Program-made: the position numbers and the translations under genes
Shown here: piece by piece, positions 1-9,717 of the stretch
Numbering within the stretch: the first letter of the stretch is position 1
How the letters are laid out: each line of letters starts with the position of its first letter
The notes under the pieces: generated by a model
Databases searched by the model: none
Told to the model about the DNA's origin: nothing
The model's input: the letters and a program-made list of their open reading frames with translations, nothing else
From: Acidocella sp.
GTDB lineage: Bacteria > Pseudomonadota > Alphaproteobacteria > Acetobacterales > Acetobacteraceae
NCBI GenBank assembly: GCA_029077825.1
Contig: JAQNCT010000005.1
Location: 5,226 to 69,225 of the forward strand
Direction of reading: 5' to 3'
Length of the DNA: 64,000 nt

Positions 1-1
1 C

Positions 2-193
2 CTCACCTTAAGCAAAACCGAGGGTTTATATGGCGGCATCTCGCTCGCCGGTTCGGTATTCTCAAACGATTCCGGCATGGAACAATCCTACTACGGCAAT
101 ACCGATGACGCCCGCGACATTGTCATCAACATGAAAGCCTCCAACCCCGGGGCCAACCCGCTCCGCGCCATGCTGACCAAATTCGGCGGCTAA
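2..193 (+). CDS. 3' end of a SYLF/Ysc84 (DUF500) domain protein; partial, start lies outside the window
   Basis: Own translation of frame 2 gives ...LSKTEGLYGGISLAGSVFSNDSGMEQSYYGNTDDARDIVINMKASNPGANPLRAMLTKFGG with stop TAA at 191-193. The GLYGGISLAGS...YYG pattern is typical of SYLF domain C-termini. Confidence 0.5.
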   Translation, partial: LTLSKTEGLYGGISLAGSVFSNDSGMEQSYYGNTDDARDIVINMKASNPGANPLRAMLTKFGG

Positions 194-243
194 CCTGACC
201 AAACCGGGATGGCAGCACCCGCCGCCATCCCGCATTTGCTCTG

Positions 244-345
244 CCATTCCCGCCTTTTTTCGTCGCTCCCGCTTTTCCCTAGTCGCTCGCGCTTTTTTTT
301 GTCATTCCCGCTTTTTTTCCTCGTCATTCCCGCGAAAGCGGGAAC
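244..345. repeat. REP-like cluster: four half-copies (GTCATTCCCGC-like, each followed by a T-run) and one full hairpin CGTCATTCCCGCGAAAGCGGGAAC (322-345)
   Basis: Read directly from the sequence. The same element recurs at 14979, 20386, 23036, 51460 and 58356. ORFs called here (190..378, containing PAFAGMT) are repeat artefacts. Confidence 0.85.
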
Positions 346-499
346 CCCCTCACTGGCCCTTTGACCTGCCAAAATCATCGCCGCCCCAGGAATGTTGTTG
401 TTGCTATAAATTCATCTAAAATTTAGTAATACCGTTTGCTCTCACGAACATTTGAGCGATAACGTCATTTTCATAATTGCTGCAACGCAAGGGTGAATT

Positions 500-3400
500 A
501 TGGCCGAAACAATTAATACTTCCCTATCCGCAGTTGTCACCCTGACATCGCGCTATGCCACCATTACCAGCAGCGGCAGTGTTTATGGCTTCGGCACCAT
601 CACCGGTTATGGCATTAATGCCGCCCTCTTCGCCCCAACCAGCCTCGGCACCATCACCATCCATAACGCCGGCGTCATTAATGCCATCGGCAGCCAGGCC
701 GTCGGCCCCTTGGATTTTGGCATCGCCCTCGCGCAACCCGGCACCATCATCAACACCGGGCGAATTAACGGCAACAGCGGCATTGGCATTCTCGGCTCCG
801 TTGGCAGTAGTTACATCGAGAATAACAACCTAATTATTAGCCAATACGGTGTCGGTATTTACCTGCAAGGCAGCGGCACCATTGTCAACAACTCTAACAT
901 TATCGACTATAACTCTGGCGCTGGCCTTGGCATCGAACTCAAAAATGGCGGCTTAATTTCCAATACCAGTACCGGTGTCATTAATGCTGACAACACCGGC
1001 ATTTATCTCGACAACGGTGGCACCGTCATTAATGCTGGTAATATTCATGGCACTAAAGTTGGCATCGTAAACAAAACCGGAAGTGAAACAATTATCAACA
1101 GCGGCAATATTTCCGGCGCCACCACCGGCATTGCGCTGTTAACCGGCGGCACCGTGACCAATTCCGGCAATATTTCCGGGGCATCCACTGCCGATGCCAT
1201 CACCTTCGCCAGTGGCTTTGCCAACCGGCTCATTTTACAAACCGGCGCGCATTTTAGCGGCCTGGTCGATGGCGGCAACAGCTTTGGTAGCACCGCCAGC
1301 AGCGTGCTGGAATTAACGCCTGGCAGCAGCAACTATCTCTCCGGCCTCGGCACTGAGTTCATCAATTTCAGCACCATCGCAGTGGATGCCACCGCCAACT
1401 GGACCCTGGGCAATAATAACACCCTTAGCGCTGGTCAGGTCCTGGATAATGCCGGCAGCCTCACCATTGACGGCATACTGCTCAACAACGGCTACATCCA
1501 AACTGACCCTACCACCATGGTGGTCAACGCCGCCGTCTACGGCTCTGGCACCATCGGCATCGTCAGCGGCAGCAGTGTAATATTCAACAGCAGCGTCGGT
1601 CCCAACCAGGTAATCGACTTGCTCAGCCCCAACGCCACGCTGTCTGACAACCCCGCCTTGTTCTCAGGCAAAATCATTATCGGTTTTGTTGACACGCTGA
1701 CCAGCAGCCCAACCACCATCGTGAGCACTGAAACAATTATCGCCTCCGGTGCCGTTGGCACTTATTTTGTTAATAATGGCGGCACCCAAACCCCCCAGAT
1801 CATCAACGCGGCGGTTTTTGGGCCCAATTCGCTCACCGCACCCACACTGCTAAATCAAGGCTTCATTGATGCCAACGGCCCGGCCACACTGGGTGGCTTT
1901 GATGTCGGCATTTTGCTGGGCAACAGCGGTAGTATTTTTAACACCGGCAGCATCATCGGCCATACCGCCATCGGCATGCTGGGCACCAGTGGTAGCAACT
2001 ACATCTACAACAACAAGCTTATTTTGGGCACCCAAGGCGTTGGTATTTATATCCACAATCTCGGCAGCATCGTAAACAGCAGCCTGATTGCGTCGTATAA
2101 TACCACGTCAGCCAATGGCTATTCCGGCATCGAGCTGGGCGGCGGCGGCTTCATTTCCAACCGCGATATCGGCACAATCGTCAGCAATAGTGGCTCCGCG
2201 GTTAATCTACAGGCTGCCGGCACCATCCAAAATGCTGGCCACATCATCGGCTATCAGGCTGGCATTGCGCTTAATGGCGGCGGCTCTGTCGCCAATACCG
2301 GCACCATTGAGGCCAGCGGGCTACAAAAAACCCAGCAATCCTATATCGGCATTTACGCCAGCCATGGTGCCAGCATCACGAATAATGGTATCATCAGTGG
2401 CCCGGTCGGCATTAAAATTCTCGGCACCATCGGGGAAGCTGGCTATGTTCTGAACACCCAGTTGATCACCGCCAGCAGTACCCTGCTGCCTGGCAGTAAT
2501 TTCCAAACCGGCTTCGTGAATTATGGCGTTGGCGTTTACATCAACGTCGCGGGCTCGGTTGCGAACAACGGCACCATAGTCGGCAACCATGCAGGCGTTG
2601 CCTTCAATAATGTTAATGGTGGCAGTGGTACCATCAGTAACAAAGGCGGCAGCTTAATCAGCTCTGCGGGCTATGGCGTCATTTTGGAAGCTGGCGGCAG
2701 CGTCAATAATACCGGGCTGATTTCCGGCTACCGCACCGGCATTCGTGCTGACAACGCCATCACCACCATTGTCAACGCCGGCATCATCCTCGGCACCGGC
2801 AACACCTTTGCTGACAACGGCACGCTCTCAGCCAAAAATCTTGGGACCGGCACTTATATCAGCCACGGTATCATGCTCACCAGCGGCGGTAGCATAATCA
2901 ACGAGACCACCAGCACCATTTCAGCCGTGCAGGGTGTGGTTATTTCAGGCGCGGGCAACGGCTATGTCAATAATGCCGGGTTGATCAACGCGACAAATCG
3001 CTCCGGCATTGACCTGAAAGACCACGGCACCATCAATAACCTTGGCACTGTTTTCGCCAGCCATGCAGGCGTGCAGCTTTACAACGGTGGCTATGTTAAA
3101 AATTCCGGCCAGATTACCTCCCTCAACCGGGTGGGGATCTATCTCTATAATAATGGCTATGTCACCAACTCCGGCACCATCAACGCTAATTATGCGGGTA
3201 TCTATTCCCGCAATGGTGGTTACAACCCAACCTACATCCGCAATACCGGCCATATCACATCGGCCACAAAATCCGGAGTGTATTTAAAAGTCTCAGGGCA
3301 GGTCTATAACGCTGGTATCATCAACGCGCCCGCCGGGGCCGGTGTATTTATGGCCAAAGGCAAAGTCACCAATGGCAGCCCTGGAACCATCACCGGGGCC

Positions 3401-4816
3401 AACGGCGTAGTTCTCAAAACCGCTAACATGACCAATCACGGCCTGGTGGATGGCACAGCTGGTTCCGGTATTTACCTGCAAGGCCTCGGCACCGTTTTGA
3501 ACAGCGCAACAGCGCGGGCAATTGGTAGTAAATACGGCGTCGAGCTTGGCGGCGCCAACAGTTATTTGGGTAATTCCGGCACTGCCGCTGGTAGCATCGG
3601 TGTCTATATCAAGGCTGGTGGATACTTAACCAACCACGGCACTGCCACAGGTAACATCGGCGTCTATGCCAAAGCTGGCGGTGTTATTAATGATTTTGGC
3701 GTCATCAGCGGCACGGCTGATGCCGTGAAATTCGGCGCCACGAGTGGTGGCAAGCTTATTATTAACCCTGGCGCCAGCTTCATCGGCACAGTCGAAGGCG
3801 GTGGTAAAGCCACCATGGAGCTTGGTGGCACCAGTGCTGCCACCCTCACCGGCCTTGGCACCCAGTTTATTGATTTTGCCACCATCAAGGTTGATGCCGG
3901 GTCCCGCTGGACTCTCACCGGCAACAACACCATCGCCATCGGCCAAACACTGAGTGATTTTGCGACCCTGATCGTCAACGGCACCTTCACTGACAACGGC
4001 GTGGTCAATGCCGACCCCTCGACCATTGTGTATGAATCAGCCGTCACAGGCACAGGCACCATCGACATCGCCGCCGGTTCCACGGTTGTTTTTGACGCAT
4101 CAGTCGCCTCCTCCATCACCATCGATTTTCTCTCCAGCACCGGCACCATTGTTGAAAATGCACCAGCCTTATTTGGCAACCCAACTATCATTGGCACTGG
4201 CGTTATCATCATCGCCTGTTTCGCCAAGGGCACCCGCATTCTCACGCCCCAAGGCGAAGTGGCGGTAGAGAATCTGCGCGCCGGCGATATGGTCATCACC
4301 GCTGAGGGCGAGGATGCGCCAATCAAATGGATTGGCACCCGCAACCTGGATTTGCGCCGCCATGCCCACCCTGAAAAAGCCCAGCCGGTGCGCATTTCCG
4401 CCGGGGCGATTTCACATAACGTGCCCAACCGGGATTTATTCCTCTCGCCTGACCATGCGCTCTATCTGCAAGGCCACCTGGTACCCGCCAAGGCGCTCAT
4501 CAACCGAATGTCAGTGACCCAGGAAAATTGGCAATCGGTCAGCTACTACCATATCGAACTTGACCACCACGCGGTGATCTTCGCCGCTGAGACGCCGGTG
4601 GAAACCTACCTGGAAACCGGCAACCGCCACTGCTTTGAAAACGCAGGCGAGCCCATGGCCCTGCACCCTGACTTCGGGCAGGATTTCCAGGCCCTGCGTG
4701 AAGCAAAAAGCTGCGCGCCCTTCCTTGATGACAACGGCCCTACCATTCGCGGTATCCGCACCGCAATGCTGGACCGGGCCTATTGGAACACCCCACGCCG
4801 GGCTGCAAACCAATAA
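500..4816 (+). CDS. Giant Gly/Asn/Thr/Ile-rich repeat (beta-helix-like) protein with a C-terminal Hint (Hedgehog/intein-type) domain
   Basis: The ORF is 1438 aa. Residues 1240-1380 (CFAKGTRILTPQGEVAVENLRAGDMVIT...PVRISAGAI...DLFLSPDHALYL...YYHIELDHHAVIFAAETPVETY) match the bacterial Hint_2-type domain. The N-terminal 1239 aa consist of short G-x-I-x-N-x-G type repeats. No signal peptide is evident. A purine-rich AAGGGTGA lies upstream of the ATG. Confidence 0.85.
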   Translation: MAETINTSLSAVVTLTSRYATITSSGSVYGFGTITGYGINAALFAPTSLGTITIHNAGVINAIGSQAVGPLDFGIALAQPGTIINTGRINGNSGIGILGSVGSSYIENNNLIISQYGVGIYLQGSGTIVNNSNIIDYNSGAGLGIELKNGGLISNTSTGVINADNTGIYLDNGGTVINAGNIHGTKVGIVNKTGSETIINSGNISGATTGIALLTGGTVTNSGNISGASTADAITFASGFANRLILQTGAHFSGLVDGGNSFGSTASSVLELTPGSSNYLSGLGTEFINFSTIAVDATANWTLGNNNTLSAGQVLDNAGSLTIDGILLNNGYIQTDPTTMVVNAAVYGSGTIGIVSGSSVIFNSSVGPNQVIDLLSPNATLSDNPALFSGKIIIGFVDTLTSSPTTIVSTETIIASGAVGTYFVNNGGTQTPQIINAAVFGPNSLTAPTLLNQGFIDANGPATLGGFDVGILLGNSGSIFNTGSIIGHTAIGMLGTSGSNYIYNNKLILGTQGVGIYIHNLGSIVNSSLIASYNTTSANGYSGIELGGGGFISNRDIGTIVSNSGSAVNLQAAGTIQNAGHIIGYQAGIALNGGGSVANTGTIEASGLQKTQQSYIGIYASHGASITNNGIISGPVGIKILGTIGEAGYVLNTQLITASSTLLPGSNFQTGFVNYGVGVYINVAGSVANNGTIVGNHAGVAFNNVNGGSGTISNKGGSLISSAGYGVILEAGGSVNNTGLISGYRTGIRADNAITTIVNAGIILGTGNTFADNGTLSAKNLGTGTYISHGIMLTSGGSIINETTSTISAVQGVVISGAGNGYVNNAGLINATNRSGIDLKDHGTINNLGTVFASHAGVQLYNGGYVKNSGQITSLNRVGIYLYNNGYVTNSGTINANYAGIYSRNGGYNPTYIRNTGHITSATKSGVYLKVSGQVYNAGIINAPAGAGVFMAKGKVTNGSPGTITGANGVVLKTANMTNHGLVDGTAGSGIYLQGLGTVLNSATARAIGSKYGVELGGANSYLGNSGTAAGSIGVYIKAGGYLTNHGTATGNIGVYAKAGGVINDFGVISGTADAVKFGATSGGKLIINPGASFIGTVEGGGKATMELGGTSAATLTGLGTQFIDFATIKVDAGSRWTLTGNNTIAIGQTLSDFATLIVNGTFTDNGVVNADPSTIVYESAVTGTGTIDIAAGSTVVFDASVASSITIDFLSSTGTIVENAPALFGNPTIIGTGVIIIACFAKGTRILTPQGEVAVENLRAGDMVITAEGEDAPIKWIGTRNLDLRRHAHPEKAQPVRISAGAISHNVPNRDLFLSPDHALYLQGHLVPAKALINRMSVTQENWQSVSYYHIELDHHAVIFAAETPVETYLETGNRHCFENAGEPMALHPDFGQDFQALREAKSCAPFLDDNGPTIRGIRTAMLDRAYWNTPRRAANQ

Positions 4817-4915
4817 ATCCAGCCATAAAAACCCCGGTTTTTGATAAGTTTTTTTCAGAATTTTTCGGTTTTTATTGTGTTATTTCAGCTACTTGCACGG
4901 TATTTTCGGCCAAAA

Positions 4916-4931
4916 TGTTACACGTGTACCC
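4916..4931. promoter_or_regulatory. Candidate parS centromere site TGTTACACGTGTACCC, immediately downstream of parB
   Basis: Left arm and core match the parS consensus TGTTnCACGTGnAACA. The right arm has 2 mismatches to a perfect palindrome. The site lies 2 nt after the parB stop. Confidence 0.35.
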
Positions 4932-4932
4932 T

Positions 4933-5805
4933 TCAGCTATTAAGTAATTTAAGGATCTCATCAAGCTGGTCGAGGTTTTTGTAATTCATCAGAACCGAGC
5001 CTCCTTTGCCGTTAAAAGTTACCTTCACCCGCAACCCTAGCTTCTCGGTCAGCGAATCCGCCAGCGCCTCGGTCTCAGGGTCGGCCCGCTTCGGCGGCGG
5101 CTTGCGGGCAACTGATTCTGGTATATTGCGGCTTTCTTTGGCAACCAGCTCCTCGGTTTGGCGCACACTCAACTTGTCGCGCACAATTCTATTGGCCAGC
5201 GCCAGCGGATGGTCAGAGGCCGCCAGTGCGCGCGCGTGCCCGGCTGAAAGTTCACCCGCCCGCACCATGGCCAGCACGCGCTCGGGCAGTTTCAACATCC
5301 GCAGCATTTGGGAAATATGTGAGCGCGATTTGCCAATCGCCTCACCTAATTTATCATGGGTGAGCTTGAATTCCTCAATCAACCGCTGAAAGCCCATGGC
5401 TTCCTCAACTGCGTTCAAATCCTCGCGCTGGAGGTTTTCCACCAGCCCGGCGGCCATCGCATCAGTGTCTGAAAGGTCGCGCACCAGCACCGGCACATCA
5501 TGCAGTTGCGCCAGTTGTGCGGCCCGCCAGCGGCGCTCACCGGCAATAATCTGGAATTGCCCCTCAGCCCCTGGTTTCGGCCGCACCAGCAAGGGCTGCA
5601 AAATACCCCGCTGGATAATTGAGGCCGCCAGCTCGTTCAGGGCCTCCTCATCCATCGCGCGGCGCGGTTGGAAGGGGCTGGGCTCCAGGGTGGCGACACT
5701 CAGGCTTTGCACACCCGGCGCGCTTATGCTGGTGGGGGCCGCGGCATCGCCCAGCAAGGCGGCCAAGCCACGGCCAAGACGTTTGGGAGGAGGGGTCAGG
5801 CTCAT
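4933..5805 (-). CDS. parB: Chromosome partitioning protein ParB
   Basis: 290 aa. It has the ParB box IIAGERRWRAA, an HTH segment and an N-terminal RGLAALLG motif, and sits directly downstream of parA. Confidence 0.95.
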   Translation of the reverse strand: MSLTPPPKRLGRGLAALLGDAAAPTSISAPGVQSLSVATLEPSPFQPRRAMDEEALNELAASIIQRGILQPLLVRPKPGAEGQFQIIAGERRWRAAQLAQLHDVPVLVRDLSDTDAMAAGLVENLQREDLNAVEEAMGFQRLIEEFKLTHDKLGEAIGKSRSHISQMLRMLKLPERVLAMVRAGELSAGHARALAASDHPLALANRIVRDKLSVRQTEELVAKESRNIPESVARKPPPKRADPETEALADSLTEKLGLRVKVTFNGKGGSVLMNYKNLDQLDEILKLLNS

Positions 5806-5816
5806 GGATTTATCTT

Positions 5817-6617
5817 TCAGGCAACACGGGTGCGTTTTATAAATTCCGCCGCCAGGCTTAAATAAGCCTGCGCGCCGGCGGAGCGGAAATCATACAGCAG
5901 CACCGGCATGCCATGGCTAGGTGCCTCGGTGATGCGGATGTTGCGCGGGATGGCGGTGTCAAACACCTTGTCCTTGAAGTGCTCACGCACGTCACTGCAA
6001 ACCTGCTCGGAGAGGTTATTGCGCCGGTCAGTCATGGTCAGCACGATGCCCTCCAGCGTGAGCGCGGTATTTAATTTGCGGGTGACCATCTCAATGGTGC
6101 GCAGCAATTGCGAGATCCCTTCCAGGGCAAAAAACTCGGCTTGCAGCGGCACCAGCACGGAATCAGCGGCGACCAGGGCATTCAGCGTAAGCAAACCAAG
6201 GCCGGGTGGGCAATCAATAAATATCGTATCAACATCCGGCGCCCCTGCCGCGATGGCGTGGCGCAGCAAAAATTGCCAGGATTCCAATTGGCCAAACTCT
6301 AAATCGGCGCCATTCAAATCCGCCACCGCCGGCACAATCATCAGGTTCGGCACTTCGGTCGGCAGGCTTAAGTCCGCCAGGCTGGCTTCCCCGGCCAGCA
6401 GCGCGTAGCTGCCGCCGTTTCGCAGCGACGAGGCAATACCAAGGCCAGTGCTGGCATTGCCTTGCGGGTCAGAATCAATCAGCAGAACCTTCTCCCCGCC
6501 GATGGCGAGGGCAGCGGCCAGATTAATGGCGGTGGTGGTTTTGCCAACCCCGCCTTTCTGGTTGGCAATCGCGATGATTTTTGGGCGCTTTAGCGGTTCA
6601 GCCGGGGAGTCCAACAT
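5817..6617 (-). CDS. parA: Chromosome partitioning ATPase ParA
   Basis: 266 aa with the deviant Walker A motif [11 protein letters not shown]. Synteny is with rsmG and parB. Confidence 0.95.
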   Translation of the reverse strand: MLDSPAEPLKRPKIIAIANQKGGVGKTTTAINLAAALAIGGEKVLLIDSDPQGNASTGLGIASSLRNGGSYALLAGEASLADLSLPTEVPNLMIVPAVADLNGADLEFGQLESWQFLLRHAIAAGAPDVDTIFIDCPPGLGLLTLNALVAADSVLVPLQAEFFALEGISQLLRTIEMVTRKLNTALTLEGIVLTMTDRRNNLSEQVCSDVREHFKDKVFDTAIPRNIRITEAPSHGMPVLLYDFRSAGAQAYLSLAAEFIKRTRVA

Positions 6618-7173
6618 GGCGAAGATTGCTCACTTTCAGAATGCAGGCCTGGTCGTTGAGCGGGTTTTTGCAACGCTCGACCTCCATGTGCCAGAGCGCT
6701 GAAGCGGGGGCTAGCTCAACTTCGTGATTCTTGCCCTTGGGGAACAAACAAATCCCACCGGGGGCCAGTAAAGGGGCCGCAAGGCTCAATAATTTATCCA
6801 AAGGCGCTAAAGCCCGCGCGGTGAGCAACATGGCAGGCGGCGTTTTGGCATCCTCAATGCGGGTGGCCAGCACCTTAACCGGGGCCCCCAGAGTGCGCGC
6901 GGCATCCATTAAAAACGCCGCTTTGCGTTTATCAGACTCAATCAAGGTAAAAGGCACACCGGTTGCAATGGCCAACACCATGCCAGGAAACCCAGCACCG
7001 GAGCCGATATCAATCGCGAAAGGAATATCTGGTGGCATGTAAGGCACCAGCGCCAGACTATCCTGCACATGGCGCTCCCACAGATGCGCAATATCAGATT
7101 TACTCACCAGGTTAATTTTGGCGGACCAGCGCGCCACCAGGGCTGCGAACTCCCGTAATTTAGCCTCGCTCAA
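6598..7173 (-). CDS. rsmG: 16S rRNA (guanine527-N7)-methyltransferase RsmG (GidB)
   Basis: 191 aa with the SAM motif [10 protein letters not shown]. It lies between mnmG and parA and overlaps both neighbours. Confidence 0.9.
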   Translation of the reverse strand: MSEAKLREFAALVARWSAKINLVSKSDIAHLWERHVQDSLALVPYMPPDIPFAIDIGSGAGFPGMVLAIATGVPFTLIESDKRKAAFLMDAARTLGAPVKVLATRIEDAKTPPAMLLTARALAPLDKLLSLAAPLLAPGGICLFPKGKNHEVELAPASALWHMEVERCKNPLNDQACILKVSNLRHVGLPG

Positions 7174-8885
7174 GCCGCCCGCCGAGCCTTTTTCAGCGCC
7201 CCGAAAATCGCTCCCAAAGCAGCCGGCGTCATGGCTTCAATGCGCCCCGCCACCGCCAGATTGGCCGGGCGCACATGGTTGAGCTTTTCACGCAGCTCGT
7301 TGGAAAGCCCGCCGACCTGCGCAAAGTCAAAATTATCAGGGATCCGCACGGCTTCATCAGCTTCGCGGGCGTTAATTTCGCTGGTCATGCGGCGGAGGTA
7401 ACCCGAATAATGAATATCCGCCCGCAAAATTTCGGCAGCGCGGCTGGTGGCATCACCGGGTTTGCCATTAAAGGCGGCAATTTCAGCGGTAAGCGCCGCT
7501 AACACCCCTGCCCGCTCAGCGCCTACACAACCGCAATCAATCCCCAATTGGGTCAACCGCAGTTCAGCATTATCCGCCCGCAGCAACAGCCGGTATTCGG
7601 CGCGTGAGGTAAACATGCGGTAAGGCTCAGTGACACCTTGGGTGACCAAATCATCAATCATCACCCCGATATAAGCCTGCGAGCGCGATAGCCGCACCGG
7701 CGTTGAACCTCCCGCGCGGCGCGCCGCGTTCAAACCCGCCATCAGGCCCTGGGCAGCGGCTTCCTCATAGCCTGTGGTGCCGTTGATCTGCCCGGCCAAA
7801 AACAATCCGGGCAGCTTTTTTAACTGCAAGGCATGGTCAAGGGCGCGCGGGTCAACATAGTCATATTCCACCGCATAGCCTGGCTTAAGCAACTTGGCGT
7901 GCTCAAGCCCTGGGATGCTATGGATAAACGCCTCCTGCACATCGGCGGGCAGCGAGGTGGAAATGCCGTTTGGATAGATGGTGTTATCATCGAGCCCCTC
8001 GGGCTCCAGAAAAATCTGATGAGCGCCCTTTTCAGCGAACCGCACAATTTTATCCTCAATCGAGGGGCAGTAGCGCGGTCCACGGCCTGAAATGGCACCG
8101 CCATAGACCGCCGATTTATGGATGTTTTCGCGGATGATGGCGTGCGTCGCCTCAGTGGTGGCGGTGATGCGGCAGGCGATTTGCGGGTTGGTAATGCGGG
8201 CTGTCATCGCCGAAAATGGCTCGGGCGGGTTTTCACCCACATCGGGGGCTAAGCCCTCCCAATCAATGGAGTTTTTATCCAACCGCGCAGGTGTGCCGGT
8301 TTTCAAGCGGCCAAGCGGCAGGCCAAGCGAGAGCAATTCTTCAGCCAGACGCGTGGCGGCGGCATCACCAATGCGGCCACCCGCTTGGGTAACTGTGCCG
8401 AAATGCAAAACACCGCACAGAAAAGTACCTGTGGTAAGCACCGCCGCCGCACAATTTATGGTTTTACCATCAGCGGTATGAACCGCACTGAGGTTGCCGC
8501 TAGAATCCCGCGCCAGACCACAAACCTCAGCTTCCAGGATGCTAAGGTTGGCTTGGGCCGCTAGCAGCGCCTGGACGGCGTTGCGGTAGAGCTTACGGTC
8601 AGCCTGGGCGCGCGGGCCGCGCACCGCCGGGCCTTTGGTGCGGTTGAGCATTTTGAAATGGATGCAGGCAGCATCAGCCGCTTTGGCCATCAGCCCGTCC
8701 AGCGCGTCAATCTCGCGCACCAGGTGCCCCTTGCCAATACCGCCAATGGCCGGGTTGCATGACATTTCACCAAGCCGGTCAGCCCGGTGGGTGATCAGCA
8801 GTGTGGCAGCCCCTGCCCGCGCTGCCGCCGCCGCCGCCTCACAGCCGGCATGGCCACCGCCGATAATGATGACATCATAACGCAT
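7170..8885 (-). CDS. mnmG: tRNA uridine 5-carboxymethylaminomethyl modification enzyme MnmG (GidA)
   Basis: 571 aa with the N-terminal FAD fold [16 protein letters not shown] and the [11 protein letters not shown] and [16 protein letters not shown] motifs. Confidence 0.95.
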   Translation of the reverse strand: MRYDVIIIGGGHAGCEAAAAAARAGAATLLITHRADRLGEMSCNPAIGGIGKGHLVREIDALDGLMAKAADAACIHFKMLNRTKGPAVRGPRAQADRKLYRNAVQALLAAQANLSILEAEVCGLARDSSGNLSAVHTADGKTINCAAAVLTTGTFLCGVLHFGTVTQAGGRIGDAAATRLAEELLSLGLPLGRLKTGTPARLDKNSIDWEGLAPDVGENPPEPFSAMTARITNPQIACRITATTEATHAIIRENIHKSAVYGGAISGRGPRYCPSIEDKIVRFAEKGAHQIFLEPEGLDDNTIYPNGISTSLPADVQEAFIHSIPGLEHAKLLKPGYAVEYDYVDPRALDHALQLKKLPGLFLAGQINGTTGYEEAAAQGLMAGLNAARRAGGSTPVRLSRSQAYIGVMIDDLVTQGVTEPYRMFTSRAEYRLLLRADNAELRLTQLGIDCGCVGAERAGVLAALTAEIAAFNGKPGDATSRAAEILRADIHYSGYLRRMTSEINAREADEAVRIPDNFDFAQVGGLSNELREKLNHVRPANLAVAGRIEAMTPAALGAIFGALKKARRAA

Positions 8886-9042
8886 GGCTGGGGTTTATCG
8901 CGTTTGCCTGGAAAATGCGAGGGCGCGCCTTGCTTTATGGCGGCCCTGCCCCTAGAAAGCGCGTTCCGCTGATTTGTGGCGGAAGCGTGCGCGACGGGCC
9001 ATCAGGCATGCCCGGCCGCCGTGATTTATATAGGAGATCAAA

Positions 9043-9246
9043 ATGCCAAAGCTAAAGACCAAGTCATCGGTCAAAAAACGCTTCAAAATCACCGCCACCG
9101 GCAAAGTGCTGGCCGGCCCTGGCAAGAAGCGCCACAACCTGATGGCACGCAGCCAAAAATCCAAGCGTAGCAATCGCGGCAGCCAGACCCTGACCCATGC
9201 TGATGGTATTACCGTCAAGCAGTGGGCCCCCTATGGTATTGGTTAA
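9043..9246 (+). CDS. rpmI: 50S ribosomal protein L35
   Basis: [22 protein letters not shown]..., 67 aa, with a GGAGA RBS upstream. Confidence 0.95.
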   Translation: MPKLKTKSSVKKRFKITATGKVLAGPGKKRHNLMARSQKSKRSNRGSQTLTHADGITVKQWAPYGIG

Positions 9247-9258
9247 GGAGCGCGATAA

Positions 9259-9621
9259 ATGGCACGTGTAAAACGGGGTGTGACGACCCATGCTCGTCAT
9301 AAAAAAATCATTGACCAGTCCAAGGGTTTCGTTGGCCGGTCATCCACCAACTACCGCATTGCGCTGGAGCGCCTGGAAAAGGCGCTGCGCTATGCCTACC
9401 GTGACCGCCGGGTCAAAAAGCGTGAATTCCGCAGCCTGTGGATTCAGCGGATTAACGCCGCCGTGCGCGAGCATGGGCTAACCTATAGCCAGTTCATGTT
9501 TGGCTTCAAGGCAACTGGTCTTGAGATGGACCGTAAAATCCTGGCCGCCATTGCGTTTGACGATGCGGCTGCGTTTGCCGAAATCGTGCAAGCGGTGAAG
9601 GCTGTCAAAGACGCTGGTTAA
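9259..9621 (+). CDS. rplT: 50S ribosomal protein L20
   Basis: [17 protein letters not shown]...[22 protein letters not shown], 120 aa. Confidence 0.95.
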   Translation: MARVKRGVTTHARHKKIIDQSKGFVGRSSTNYRIALERLEKALRYAYRDRRVKKREFRSLWIQRINAAVREHGLTYSQFMFGFKATGLEMDRKILAAIAFDDAAAFAEIVQAVKAVKDAG

Positions 9622-9643
9622 GCGCTAACGCATCTAAGACAAT

Positions 9644-9676
9644 AAAACCCCCGGGGGCAGCCTCGGGGGTTTTTTA
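9644..9676 (+). terminator. Rho-independent terminator after rplT
   Basis: AAAACCCCCG...CGGGGGTTTTTT: a GC stem (9648-9653 pairing with 9664-9669) followed by a T-run. Confidence 0.75.
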
Positions 9677-9717
9677 TGCGGCTTGCATCTGGGAGCACCT
9701 GCCCCCAGATTTTGAGC

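Noticed and set aside
190-378. Short ORFs containing PAFAGMT, RKREW or GRGWKILA-like peptides at 190..378, 19972..20457, 20138..20545 and the first 30 codons of 14944..15672.
   Set aside because: They are translations of the REP-like hairpins and half-copies. The same peptide recurs wherever the repeat occurs, and there are no RBSs.
4217-4816. The possibility that the Hint domain is an intein.
   Set aside because: There is no host protein C-extein. The domain is followed only by a tail of about 60 aa, and no terminal His-Asn followed by Cys/Ser/Thr splice junction is present; the nearest match, NRHC, does not fit. There is no homing-endonuclease insert. The pattern fits the bacterial C-terminal Hint_2 type.
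4820-4870. A possible bidirectional terminator between the Hint gene and parB (AAAAACCCCGGTTTTT plus T-runs).
   Set aside because: The potential stem is almost entirely A-U with a tiny loop, which is too weak to call a terminator from sequence alone.
8886-9042. The mnmG-rpmI spacer as an alternative origin, or as an L20-type leader (hairpin CGTTCCGC-n9-GCGGAAGCG at about 8961-8987).
   Set aside because: The spacer has no DnaA-box matches better than 3 mismatches and is not AT-rich. I cannot verify the hairpin as the known L20 autoregulatory structure without covariation data.
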